DNA of 64,000 nucleotides from Candidatus Methylomirabilia bacterium (GCA_046758965.1 JBHIBG010000005.1:1-64000); one strand, 5' to 3'; shown: positions 1 through 9,061, numbered from the stretch's first letter. Numbers and translations are program-made. Notes: generated by a model from the sequence alone, not told the origin.

Positions 1-39
1 GCCGCGCGCGGAGGCGCAGCGCTTTCATAACATCAAATC

Positions 40-291
40 ATGACGGCCTATCTAGATGTTCACGTTCGCGATATCTTCCCAGTAGGAACGGCTCTTTTCG
101 AAGTCACTCAACCCCGCGGCCCCTGCCACAAGCCGGCTAGTCAGACGGGTGTCGAGGGATCTTGCGGTCGGATTCTCGAAAGCGGGCGGCTGCGCTCTGA
201 GTTTCGAGTGCTACAAGAAGCTGATCTTACCGCAGGCGGCATCCTCGAGAGCGGTGCGACGAAGGTGATACGGCGACCCTTGTCGCCTTGA
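40..291 (+). pseudogene. Degenerate MOSC-domain (YiiM-like) fragment
   Basis: VGTALFEVTQPRGPCHK...SGR...FRVLQEADLTAG resembles the MOSC C-terminal motif; N-terminal half absent and several conserved Gly lost. Confidence 0.55.
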
Positions 292-412
292 CGGGACCAA
301 GAGGCAGGGTCTGGGCGCTGAGCTCGCGTGTGCGTGGCTTAGATTATCAATTCCGATGGTGGAGAGCGGGGTCGGGAGGAAAAGCGACGGCGTCGGAACG
401 GCGCTGGGCGTT

Positions 413-1108
413 CTATCTCCCCTTGCCCAGCTTTTCGAGCGCCTTTCGGTTAAGCGTATCCGAATAACTGTGCCAGAGATTCCGGTCCTCGCCGTCCTGC
501 CGCCGCTCGACCACGAAGTGACAGCAATCCGCTCCGTGGGGAATGAGCTTCTCCACCCAAGCCGTGAAGCGCCCCTTTCCATGCTCCTCAAGCGCCCGGA
601 ACATTCCCTCGACGAAGAATCGCTGGACCCGGCAATCGAACGCCGTGTAGCGGTCCTGATGAGGACACCAGAGGATATCGAACTCGCACCGGCCCCTGGA
701 GACGATCCGAGGCCTTTCCAAAGAGGCGTACAAGACCGTGTTCAATCCCGTAACGATGTACGAGATCAGCTCGATCTCATCCACGCCCTGCGGAAAGCTC
801 GAGTTCTCGAGAAACCCGTCCATCGCCTCGTGCCCGGCCTTGTTCACGGCCTTTCGCACCATGTCCTGGCCAGCTTCACCGAAAGTCGCCTCCGCGGCTT
901 TCAGGATGTTGAGAACGGCCGTCGCCTGCATGGTCCCCCAGACGAAGAGAGCGGCGGGATCGAAGTCACTTCGCCCTTCAATGGCTCTCCGAAACTGCGC
1001 CGCAGCCTCCGGATAGGGCATCCCGAGCCGGACGTCTGCGTAGCTCTCCTCTCTCCTTTTCCCCTTCGACCAGAGCCCCTCTCTTGTCGGATACGGAGGC
1101 TTTGACAT
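413..1108 (-). CDS. V4R / L-2-amino-thiazoline-4-carboxylate hydrolase-like domain protein
   Basis: ATG at 1108 with GGGGAG RBS; WCPH...DCR...EGM...PHGADCCHF cysteine pattern. Confidence 0.6.
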   Translation of the reverse strand: MSKPPYPTREGLWSKGKRREESYADVRLGMPYPEAAAQFRRAIEGRSDFDPAALFVWGTMQATAVLNILKAAEATFGEAGQDMVRKAVNKAGHEAMDGFLENSSFPQGVDEIELISYIVTGLNTVLYASLERPRIVSRGRCEFDILWCPHQDRYTAFDCRVQRFFVEGMFRALEEHGKGRFTAWVEKLIPHGADCCHFVVERRQDGEDRNLWHSYSDTLNRKALEKLGKGR

Positions 1109-1348
1109 CCCAGCTCCCCCTTTCGGCTTTGCATTCCCTAATTCATCAACGTAAGGCCGCCCAACCCCCTGCATCGGACAGATCGCCGACCACCGGCAGG
1201 CACCAGCAGGGTGCCAGAACGTTGCCCGAGCACAGCGACGCTCGCCTTGAGATCCTACTTGCAGCAGCTTCGAAGATGGCCTCGGAGAGGATGCCGCGCG
1301 TCGGGCCAGTGCCGGGCCGGAGGACGTCTCTCAAGTATCTGGCAGGAT

Positions 1349-1424
<76 letters not shown>

Positions 1425-1439
1425 ACGCAACGGAGAATC

Positions 1440-1516
1440 TGGTACGCCTGAGAGGATTCGAACCTCTGACCTTCGGATCCGGAGTCCGACGCTCTATCCA
1501 ACTGAGCTACAGGCGC
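1440..1516 (-). tRNA. tRNA-Arg(CCG)
   Basis: Anticodon arm TCGGA-CT-CCG-GA-TCCGA, encoded CCA. Confidence 0.97.
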
Positions 1517-1541
1517 ACCACATCGTCTCGCCTTTTCGCCG

Positions 1542-1618
1542 TGGTACGCCCGGAAGGAATCGAACCTTCGACCTTCGGATTCGAAGTCCGACGCTCTATC
1601 CAACTGAGCTACGGGCGC
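1542..1618 (-). tRNA. tRNA-Arg(TCG)
   Basis: Anticodon arm TCGGA-CT-TCG-AA-TCCGA, encoded CCA. Confidence 0.97.
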
Positions 1619-1724
1619 ACGCACACTCCCCCACCATCTCCGACAAGGCCGCACGCTCGCGCGAGGCAGTCCTGGCAATAACTGACCCTCGCGGTGTAGC
1701 ATCATCCGAGACCGACCAGGGCAA

Positions 1725-1802
1725 TGGGGTGAGCGAAGGGAATCGAACCCTCAACCCCTGGAGCCACAGTCCAGTGCTCTGACCAATTGAGCTACGCTCA
1801 CC
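1725..1802 (-). tRNA. tRNA-His(GTG), including G-1
   Basis: Anticodon arm CTGGA-CT-GTG-GC-TCCAG; G-1 and C73 discriminator; CCA. Confidence 0.97.
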
Positions 1803-1828
1803 GTCCAGGCTCACAGCAGGATTGTATC

Positions 1829-2722
1829 CTACCGTAGCTTTCCGAGGGGTGTCAACCCAAGCGCCGCGCGCATGGTGCGCAGGCCAGCCTCTGCGGACCG
1901 CAGTTCGGTGGCCAGAAGCCCTCGAGCCTTGTCGATACGGAGCCCGCCGCGGAGCGGGCGGGGTGCCCGCTGATTCAGGGACGCACTGCTCACCGGCTGC
2001 AGGCAGGACGGATCGAGGTCGAACACTTGGCAAACCAGGCGGGCGAAGGTGTACCGGTCGACCACCGAAGCCCCGGCCACGTGAAAAAGGCCCAAAGCGT
2101 CGCGCTCAGCAAGCTCCACGCTCGCCATGGCCAGGTCTTCGTTATAGGTAGGGCTCGAAACCTGATCGAGGGGTACCTTCACTCCTTCCGCTGCCCGGCA
2201 GCGACGAAGAAGCTGGTACACAGAGTTTTTCCCCTGGCGCTCGGGACCGTACACCATCGCGGTCCGGATAACGATCGTGCGGCGGCTCTCGGCAAGGATC
2301 GCCTGCTCGCCCTCGAGCTTCGTCCGTCCGTAGACACTGAGAGGACGGGGTTGGGCGTTCTCGCCGTAGGGGCCACCACCACCATCGAAGACATACTCGG
2401 TCGAGTAGTAGACGCAGCCTGCTCCCCGAAGAGCAGCGGCGCGGGCTAGAGCCAGAGGCCCGGCAACGTTCACACGGGCTGCCTCATCGGGGTGATCCTC
2501 GCACCAATCCACGTGCGTCACACCGGCAGGACAGAAGATCCAATCCGGCCGGACCGTCCCGACCAGCTCCTCGACCGCCACGTGATCGGCGAGATCCAGC
2601 CGTACCGCTCCGGCTACGGGGAGTGTGACATACGTCCCGGTGACGACGTGACCTCTCGCCTGGAGAGCCTGAGCCAGAGCGCCCCCTACCTGCCCGGATA
2701 GGCCGATGACGAGAGCTCGCAT
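1829..2722 (-). CDS. RmlD-like extended SDR (dTDP-4-dehydrorhamnose reductase family)
   Basis: GLSGQVG, THVDWCE, STEYVFDG, YGRTK, DQVSSPT motifs. Confidence 0.88.
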   Translation of the reverse strand: MRALVIGLSGQVGGALAQALQARGHVVTGTYVTLPVAGAVRLDLADHVAVEELVGTVRPDWIFCPAGVTHVDWCEDHPDEAARVNVAGPLALARAAALRGAGCVYYSTEYVFDGGGGPYGENAQPRPLSVYGRTKLEGEQAILAESRRTIVIRTAMVYGPERQGKNSVYQLLRRCRAAEGVKVPLDQVSSPTYNEDLAMASVELAERDALGLFHVAGASVVDRYTFARLVCQVFDLDPSCLQPVSSASLNQRAPRPLRGGLRIDKARGLLATELRSAEAGLRTMRAALGLTPLGKLR

Positions 2723-2737
2723 TGATCTCAGAACCGG

Positions 2738-2814
2738 TGGCGCGCCTGGAGGGAATCGAACCCCCGACCCTCGGATTAGAAGTCCGATGCTCTATCCAGC
2801 TGAGCTACAGGCGC
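2738..2814 (-). tRNA. tRNA-Arg(TCT)
   Basis: Anticodon arm TCGGA-CT-TCT-AA-TCCGA, encoded CCA. Confidence 0.97.
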
Positions 2815-2899
2815 GACAACTATTTATAATACACTGGCGCTCCCGCCCCCAGCCACCGGTCAAGTTACGGGCTCCCGCCAGCCGGGTGATTGAGGGCCC

Positions 2900-3211
2900 A
2901 TGAAACTTGACACTCTCCCGGTTCCCCGCCTAGACTGCTGCCAAGTCGTAGCACCTCTAACTCTCAGGAGGGCACAGGCCATCTCGCACGCCTACCAGGA
3001 AGTGCGGGAGGTGCTGGCGATGCTCGAGGAGGCCCGCCAGCGCCTCCAGTTGATAGAAGCGGCTCAGCGCCACCTCCGGGAGAACCTGGATGCCATCGCG
3101 GGCCGGCTCGTCGTCGCGGAAGCGGAACTCTCCGCCGCCACCCCTTCGTTGGCTCAATCGCCAGGCCAGAAGGCGGCGAAAGACGCCCCGGAAGCCCCGG
3201 CACAGTCCTAG
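2900..3211 (+). CDS. Hypothetical helical/coiled-coil protein
   Basis: ATG with GAGG upstream; heptad-like central region; start uncertain. Confidence 0.45.
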   Translation: MKLDTLPVPRLDCCQVVAPLTLRRAQAISHAYQEVREVLAMLEEARQRLQLIEAAQRHLRENLDAIAGRLVVAEAELSAATPSLAQSPGQKAAKDAPEAPAQS

Positions 3212-3316
3212 CCACCGGCCCGGGAACGTTAGAGCCGGCCTGAAAGACGCCCCACACGGACCGCTAACACACCTATATTCGGCCTCTGAGTCTCCTGAGA
3301 ATCGGAGGCCGCTGCC

Positions 3317-3724
3317 TCACTTCTCTTCGGCGTTGCCTGGCGTTTGCTGGTGGGGTGGCGGACCCTGACTGATTCCCTCTCGGAGCCCGGCCAGCGTCAC
3401 GGGCTTCGCGATCACGAAATCAACCATTTCAACTCCTTCCGCCGAAGCTTCCGGAGTCCCGGTTATGAGCCCGACCCGGATGTGGGGCCACCGGCCCTTG
3501 ACCGCCTTGACCACCTCCCAGCCGCTCATTTCCGGTATGCTCAGGTCGGTGAGCACCAGATCCACGGACTCCCCCGCCTCGAGCCGGGCCAGGCCCTCTC
3601 GCCCTCCCTCAGCCTGCAGGACCGTATGCCCCAGGGCGCCCAGCAGGTCAACCACGACCCGGCGGACCCGGTCTTCGTCCTCAATGACGAGGATCTTGAG
3701 CCTGCGCGGCGAACCCTGCGTCAT
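3317..3724 (-). CDS. Single-domain response regulator (CheY-like receiver)
   Basis: ILVIEDE, DLVLTD, LITG, AKP receiver motifs. Confidence 0.9.
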   Translation of the reverse strand: MTQGSPRRLKILVIEDEDRVRRVVVDLLGALGHTVLQAEGGREGLARLEAGESVDLVLTDLSIPEMSGWEVVKAVKGRWPHIRVGLITGTPEASAEGVEMVDFVIAKPVTLAGLREGISQGPPPHQQTPGNAEEK

Positions 3725-3919
3725 CTCTCAGCCCTCACTGCGGGTACACCATCACCCTGCTCCACCTCGGCATCATCCGGCCGCACCTGCTGGTCAACAT
3801 CCTCGCCGCCAGGAGCAGGGGACCCAACGGGATGCGAAACGCGGCCACAGAGCGTCCCAGTCCGAGGAAAGAGCGGCGCTCATCGATGCACCCATCGAAC
3901 TCGCGTTCGGGGACGTCAA

Positions 3920-4342
3920 TCAAGCGACTCCGCCAGCCATATCGAGCTGCGCTCGGACAGCAGGCTCGGGATCTCCAGCTCTCGGCCTGCTGGGACGAAG
4001 CTGCATGACGACTTCGCTCGTGAAGTGGGAGAGCCACTCGGCAATGGCGTCCCGCTCCCTGCGGTGGCGTTCGGCTTCGGTCCGGAGTTGACGCACCTCT
4101 TCGCGCAGCCGCTCGCATTCGCAGTCGATTGTCTCAAGGATCGCCCTGACCCGTTCGTTCTCGTCGATAAGCCCGCGCAGCCGCTCGCATTCGCGTTCTG
4201 CAGCTTCAGTCGCCTCCCTGACTCGGTCGTAATCGTTGAGGATCGCGACGACAGTCCCTAGCTCGCCCCGGCCCTCTCTGAGCCACCGGATCGCCTGTTG
4301 CCGCACTTCTCGGATCGCACGGTGAAAGTAAACGTCTGTCAT
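3920..4342 (-). CDS. Coiled-coil protein of unknown family (paralog 1 of 3)
   Basis: ATG at 4342 with GGAGGAGG RBS; clear paralogy with 7678-8022 and 8113-8472. Confidence 0.8.
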   Translation of the reverse strand: MTDVYFHRAIREVRQQAIRWLREGRGELGTVVAILNDYDRVREATEAAERECERLRGLIDENERVRAILETIDCECERLREEVRQLRTEAERHRRERDAIAEWLSHFTSEVVMQLRPSRPRAGDPEPAVRAQLDMAGGVA

Positions 4343-4684
4343 GCTCCCTCCTCCTTGGCACGAGGCACCGCACTCCCTGCAGAGCTTCTGCGGCGGGCGA
4401 TCGCGGTATTGCACTAAGCGCAGACAACTGCGACCGTCGTCCCGCATTCGGGTGCAAGATCCGGCGTCAGCCGTCCCGGCCTGGCACCCGGGACACCCCT
4501 TGCCGCGCCTCCACCGGCGCCGGTCTGGGCAAGGCGGCAAACGGCGCCCCCTAGCCTAGCCCGGGCACCCAGGAACGGTCAAGCAGGGTGTCGACAGTGT
4601 GTCTCGACAGCCCTCCTATGGGCGGCCTAGAGGACGGTTGAACCCTCGGTCCCTCGCTATCAACTCGTACTCCGGACCCTGCCA

Positions 4685-4774
4685 CAGTTGCTTGACAAGG
4701 TGTCGCTGATGGTCGCGGTGCAGCGTTGTAGGTGGCCGTATTTATTAGCTTGCGCGGTTGGAATAACTTATGCA
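4685..4774 (+). promoter_or_regulatory. sigma54-type promoter (TGGAAT-N5-ATGCA, 4759-4774) with upstream conserved box CAGTTGCTTGACAA..TGTC
   Basis: GG/GC spacing matches -24/-12; same architecture and spacing recurs at 6482-6571 (-). Confidence 0.6.
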
Positions 4775-4823
4775 GCGGCAGATGCGGTGAGAATGGGCCT
4801 TGTCGGGTAGCGGAGATGTATGG

Positions 4824-5276
4824 ATGTTCCACCAGATAACGTTCCAAGACGAACTGGCCCGATGCCTCTCCTGTGGCCGGGTCTTTGACTCAGTCCAAGA
4901 ACTGCTTCGAGACCAAGAATGTGAGCGCCGCACCCGAATCGGCGAAGGCCAGCAGGTCCGTGGGGTCAGCTCCACAAATCGGGCGAGCCAAAACCGGGTT
5001 GCTCAACGCACGAGCGTTGCTCAAGGCGCAAGCGAGGGAACGAAGGCTCAGCTCCTATTCATCGTCGCGCGAGACAACTCTCGCCTCTACCGCTATCTGA
5101 CGAAGCAGTTGTCCGGGGCGCAGGGCGTCCGGGTCATCCTAGAGCAGCGGCAGGGGGAGCGACGGCGGCGTTTCTCAGCGCACAGCCCAAAGCGGCGTAA
5201 GAGCCAGCGACGACGCCAGCCGATGAGTGAGGATGAACTCCGCTCCTACGGGTTTATCATCATCCACCAGCCGTAA
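4824..5276 (+). CDS. Hypothetical protein: N-terminal H-x10-CxxC-x15-C module plus Arg-rich C-terminal domain
   Basis: N-terminus paralogous to 6282-6422; GGAG upstream of ATG. Confidence 0.75.
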   Translation: MFHQITFQDELARCLSCGRVFDSVQELLRDQECERRTRIGEGQQVRGVSSTNRASQNRVAQRTSVAQGASEGTKAQLLFIVARDNSRLYRYLTKQLSGAQGVRVILEQRQGERRRRFSAHSPKRRKSQRRRQPMSEDELRSYGFIIIHQP

Positions 5277-5331
5277 TGACCTTCGCCCAGGCTCCTTCCC
5301 CGCGCTCGTTGCGACTCCAGTGCCGTTCCAA

Positions 5332-5601
5332 CTATTTGGGGCTATTTCTCCTGAGCCACAGGGTCAGCCGTTGCCGTAAGTACCGTTTGCCTTTTCCCGT
5401 CTTCACGGATCGCTCACGCCGCTTGGCGTCTGCTTCGCTCAGACCCGCTTCATAATAATAGAGCAGCCTCAGTGGGCGTCGATGGCGCGTGGACCTGACG
5501 CGTCCGGAGAGGGGCTCTGCCACCCGTGTCCTCAAATCTCCCGTCACACCCGTATACCACCGGCCATCTTCAGTGCTCTGCAAGACATAGGTGTAGTGCA
5601 T
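5332..5601 (-). CDS. GIY-YIG nuclease family protein (UPF0213-like), possibly degenerate
   Basis: YTYVLQS..GRWYTGVT.DL..R, RP..L.Y.E, A..RE..K motifs. Confidence 0.75.
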   Translation of the reverse strand: MHYTYVLQSTEDGRWYTGVTGDLRTRVAEPLSGRVRSTRHRRPLRLLYYYEAGLSEADAKRRERSVKTGKGKRYLRQRLTLWLRRNSPK

Positions 5602-5670
5602 AGGCTCATCAAGTTGGAACCGCACTAGCCTCGGCCACCTGCCTGAACGGGGTCACCGCGCCTACAAGGG

Positions 5671-5710
5671 AAAGAAAAGCCCCTCGGCGAATCACCAACT
5701 TACCGAGGGG
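5671..5710 (-). terminator. Probable intrinsic terminator
   Basis: CCCCTCGG/CCGAGGGG stem followed by TTTTCTTT on the minus strand; long loop. Confidence 0.45.
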
Positions 5711-5762
5711 TGCCACGCTCCTATCCGCTGAGCGGGAGGCGCGTCACGCGCTTTGTGGTCCA

Positions 5763-6152
5763 TCACCACCAGTGCCACATCGCCGTGACCCGGGCCGCCA
5801 GCCCAACGCAGGCAGCCAGCGCGTAGGTCAGTAGCAGGAGGAGCCCCAGGATGCCGACCTTGCCGGCCGCCACCAAGGCGTCCGCCAACTGTGGGGCGCG
5901 ACTACGGCCACGGGAGTGACCCAACTCCTCATCCCGCAGAGCCTCAAGCGCGGGCTCGACCTCGATCCTCTCTCGGAGCGCGTCCGATGACGAGACAAGC
6001 TCCGCGCCAGCCAGTGCGGAACTCTCCCGATGTCCCTTGGGAAGGTGGGCGGTCTTCCAGAAGGCAACAGGTAGGGTGGGGAGACTATTCGCGCGCAGAC
6101 CCCGGGCAGGAGGTGTTCCGCCGTGGCTCTCGCCGTGCCGGAACCGTATCAT
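5763..6152 (-). CDS. Hypothetical protein with C-terminal transmembrane segment
   Basis: ATG at 6152 with GGAGGAGG RBS; hydrophobic VGILGLLLLLTYALAACVGLAA. Confidence 0.55.
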   Translation of the reverse strand: MIRFRHGESHGGTPPARGLRANSLPTLPVAFWKTAHLPKGHRESSALAGAELVSSSDALRERIEVEPALEALRDEELGHSRGRSRAPQLADALVAAGKVGILGLLLLLTYALAACVGLAARVTAMWHWW

Positions 6153-6281
6153 AGCACCGCTCCCTCCTCCGCCTCTTGGCCCCCGTGCCGACATTCCCTA
6201 TGACACAGGCAGTCAGCCTGATCGCGCTCGTTCCCCTCGTTCCCATGGAGGCCTCGAGACCCGCCTAGACCGATCTTTCCG

Positions 6282-6422
6282 CTACGCACCCCTCATCTCG
6301 ACCTGGTCGGCACGTGATTGCGGACATGTCCGGTCTCCAATCAGCTGGTCGACGGAGAGGAACACTCGGCCACAGTCAAGGCACCGAGCCAGTTCCCCTT
6401 GGAATGTAATTCGGTGAAACAT
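6282..6422 (-). CDS. 46-aa putative metal-binding microprotein (H-x10-CxxC-x15-C)
   Basis: MFHRITFQGELARCLDCGRVFLSVDQLIGDRTC matches the N-terminus of 4824-5276; GAGG RBS. Confidence 0.75.
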   Translation of the reverse strand: MFHRITFQGELARCLDCGRVFLSVDQLIGDRTCPQSRADQVEMRGA

Positions 6423-6481
6423 CGCCTCGCCCTTCCTCCCGGGCAACCCGGAGCTTCTTGCTACGCTAACTGTCCGTTCAG

Positions 6482-6571
6482 TGCATGAGCTGTGCCAACG
6501 GAAAAAGATCACGGACACAACGACTTGCGGTGCTGCACCGCTGCCAGGGGTGACAGTTTGTCAAGCAACTG
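6482..6571 (-). promoter_or_regulatory. sigma54-type promoter (TGGCAC-N5-ATGCA, 6482-6497) with upstream TGACA-N3-TGTCA palindrome
   Basis: Near-consensus -24/-12; shares boxes and spacing with 4685-4774. Confidence 0.7.
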
Positions 6572-6828
6572 CCAAATTGCGGCGGACGAACCAACCCGGT
6601 CAGGCAGCCCACTTTTTCAGCGCCTCGCTGGCGCCCTGGTAGGGGGGTCAGGCTGTGGGACTCACCCCTCGCTAGGCAAGCCCGCACACCCCGGATCGGC
6701 CCGAAAACGTGCCTGCAAACCCCCGAGCAACTTCATAGAGGTCCCCTGGGTCACGGTCTTGTCGCGGTGGACCCTCTCGCCGCCCCCGAAAGCGGCGCCT
6801 CTAAGAGGTGCCGCCGACAGACGCCCGG

Positions 6829-7368
6829 TCAGGCACGAGCGGTCCTCAACCAACCGTAGGCTGCTTGAACCATCCGCGCCTGGCGGATCGCGTCGTGGAG
6901 TGCGTGGTGCTTGATGCCGTCGCACGGGACGCTGTCAAGCACCGATTGCGGCACCAGGCTGAACAACGTCCGCGTGTCCCGGATGTTGGTCCATGACCAT
7001 GGTCGATCTTCATCAAGCGCCCTGTACGCCGCGCCAAGGATTGGAACGTCGAAGGTGCTTCCGTGAGACCAGATGTAGTCGGAGCCTTTGTAAAAGTCCG
7101 AGAAGGCGGCGAGCGCCGCACGGAGCGGGAGCGGATCGGGGCGAAACAAGGCCTGGCGAGCCTCATCAGACTGTTCCATCCACCACTGAATCGTCCTGCC
7201 CTCCACCGAGAGCCCAGCGTCAAGACAAGACTGGATCATGATGTTGGTGTAGAATTCCTCGCCAAGGGTTTGGCCGTCTGCGTCGAACTTCAAGGCGCCG
7301 ATGCTGACGATCACGACCCCCGGCTCTGCCCCGAGCGTCTCCAGATCGACCATCAGGTGGCTAGGCAT
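6829..7368 (-). CDS. DEDDh 3'-5' exonuclease (Rv2179c / phage exonuclease VIII-like)
   Basis: HLMVDLETLG, TIQWW, GSTFDVPIL, RDTRT, HHALHDA. Confidence 0.85.
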   Translation of the reverse strand: MPSHLMVDLETLGAEPGVVIVSIGALKFDADGQTLGEEFYTNIMIQSCLDAGLSVEGRTIQWWMEQSDEARQALFRPDPLPLRAALAAFSDFYKGSDYIWSHGSTFDVPILGAAYRALDEDRPWSWTNIRDTRTLFSLVPQSVLDSVPCDGIKHHALHDAIRQARMVQAAYGWLRTARA

Positions 7369-7677
7369 CACTCCTCAAACGCCTCATCTGTAGCTGTCAG
7401 CCCCGGGGACGGTCCTCGACCTTCCCAACGGCTGACGAGCGGGTCGCCTTAGCCACGACAGAGGCGGCGAGCCGAGAGGAGCGCCCGAATAGCCGGTTTT
7501 GACCGCCGGTGGGATCTGTCGGCGAGACGACTCCTTCGCCCTACCGGCCTCCTGGTTGACGGGGGCGACGCCCACGTAACCTCCCGAGACTGGACACGGA
7601 CAGAAGAGACGCTTGCCAAACGAGCTTCTGACTCTGGGGTCCTAGCCGACCGGGCCGCGCCGCCGATGCGAGGTGGT

Positions 7678-8022
7678 CTAATTAAGAGGCATCGGGTGGC
7701 TCCGCGCCGAAGTCCGCTCGGCCATCGGCTCAGGGATCTCCGGCTGCGCTTCCGTTCGCGGGTGGAGCCGGAGGAGCATATCGCCCATGACCCGGGCCAA
7801 CGAGTCGGCAATCTCCTCTCGCTCCCGACGATAGCCCTCTCTCTCGGCGCGCAGCTGTCCGACCTCTTCGCGAAGCCGCTCACACTCGCGTTCGGCCATG
7901 TCAGCCTGATTTTGCAGACGGTCAGCTTCCTCCAGAAATGCGAGGAGCACGCCGATGAGCCGCTGACCCTCGTCGATCCACCGGTCGAAGAGTTCCCGCA
8001 TCTCGCCAGTCACGACACCCAT
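7678..8022 (-). CDS. Coiled-coil protein of unknown family (paralog 2 of 3)
   Basis: GGAAGGAG RBS; RWIDEG..AERECERLREEV..RRERE.IA.SL. Confidence 0.8.
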   Translation of the reverse strand: MGVVTGEMRELFDRWIDEGQRLIGVLLAFLEEADRLQNQADMAERECERLREEVGQLRAEREGYRREREEIADSLARVMGDMLLRLHPRTEAQPEIPEPMAERTSARSHPMPLN

Positions 8023-8112
8023 TCTGCCCGCTCCTTCCCACGCCATCACAGTTGGACGCCCCCCTTCGGCCGATCCGGCCCGGCTCAGCCAGAACCCTGG
8101 GAACCTCCGGTC

Positions 8113-8472
8113 TCAAGCCTGCTGGGGGCGAAGCCGCAAGAGCACTTCGTTCATGAAGTGGGAGAGCGACTCGGCAACCGCTTCCCGCTCCCTGCGGTGG
8201 CGCTCAGTTTCAGCCCGAAGCTCCCGCACCTCCTCGCGAAGCCGCTCGCTTTCGTGTTCACTGCTCTCCAGGTTCGCCTTGAGCCGCTCGTTTTCGTAGA
8301 CAAACTCGCGGAGCCGTTCGCATTCCCGTTCAGCGGACTCAGCGACGTCCCTGAGTCTCTCGTAGTCATTGACAATTCCAAGCAGGTTGGCCAGCTGCTG
8401 CTGACCATCCTCGATCCACCGACCGGCCCGCTCCCGCACGTCCACCGCCGTTGCAACGCTTACCATGCTCAT
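8113..8472 (-). CDS. Coiled-coil protein of unknown family (paralog 3 of 3)
   Basis: AAGGAGG RBS; RWIEDG..AERECERLRE..RHRRERE..SLSHF. Confidence 0.8.
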   Translation of the reverse strand: MSMVSVATAVDVRERAGRWIEDGQQQLANLLGIVNDYERLRDVAESAERECERLREFVYENERLKANLESSEHESERLREEVRELRAETERHRREREAVAESLSHFMNEVLLRLRPQQA

Positions 8473-9061
8473 TCCTCCTTTGCGCGAAGTTGTTCTGTCT
8501 TCACGTGCCGATTCCGAACCGCTCGGCAAGAGCCGCCCCTCCTGCCTCCCATCCGAGCCCACCTGCGTCCGCAGAGTCGGTCGCAGGCCTTTCCACATCT
8601 CCTCAATGGCCCTTCGAATGCCGCCCACCGCAGAGTGCCCTTTGACTAGCCTGGCGACCTCTCTTTCGGGAAACGGGACGGACCGAAAAATGTGTGAGGT
8701 GTTGTCCGACGAGGTTGTCGAGCCCTATGCTGTTCACCGATTCCTCTCATCCGTCACAATCGCGTATACCCCAAGATCTTGCGACCTGTCAAGTTATTAA
8801 CGCTATCAGTAGACGTCGGGGTGACATGCCACCCAACGAGCGATCTCTCCGCCCCTCCCCGGCATCTCGCGGGATCTCCGGAATTGGAGCGCGGGTCGGC
8901 TCCGCCGACTGGTTCGATGCGCGCCGGAGGGAGTACCTGACCGGAGAAGCTGCGGATGCGAGAGCGTAGCCTCCGTCCTTCCAGCTCTCGATTTCAGCGG
9001 GAAACCCCGAGAGCGGGCACCCGATCTCATCCGGAGAGGCAAGCCCGCGAGCAGGAAAGGA

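Noticed and set aside
1440..1618. Tandem direct repeat resembling a CRISPR or att duplication
   Set aside because: It is two complete tRNA-Arg genes. No CRISPR array or cas gene was seen in the window.
3344..8649. Similar-looking plus-strand ORFs 3344-4261 and 7666-8649
   Set aside because: Their similarity is the antisense image of the minus-strand coiled-coil paralogs, which have the RBSs.
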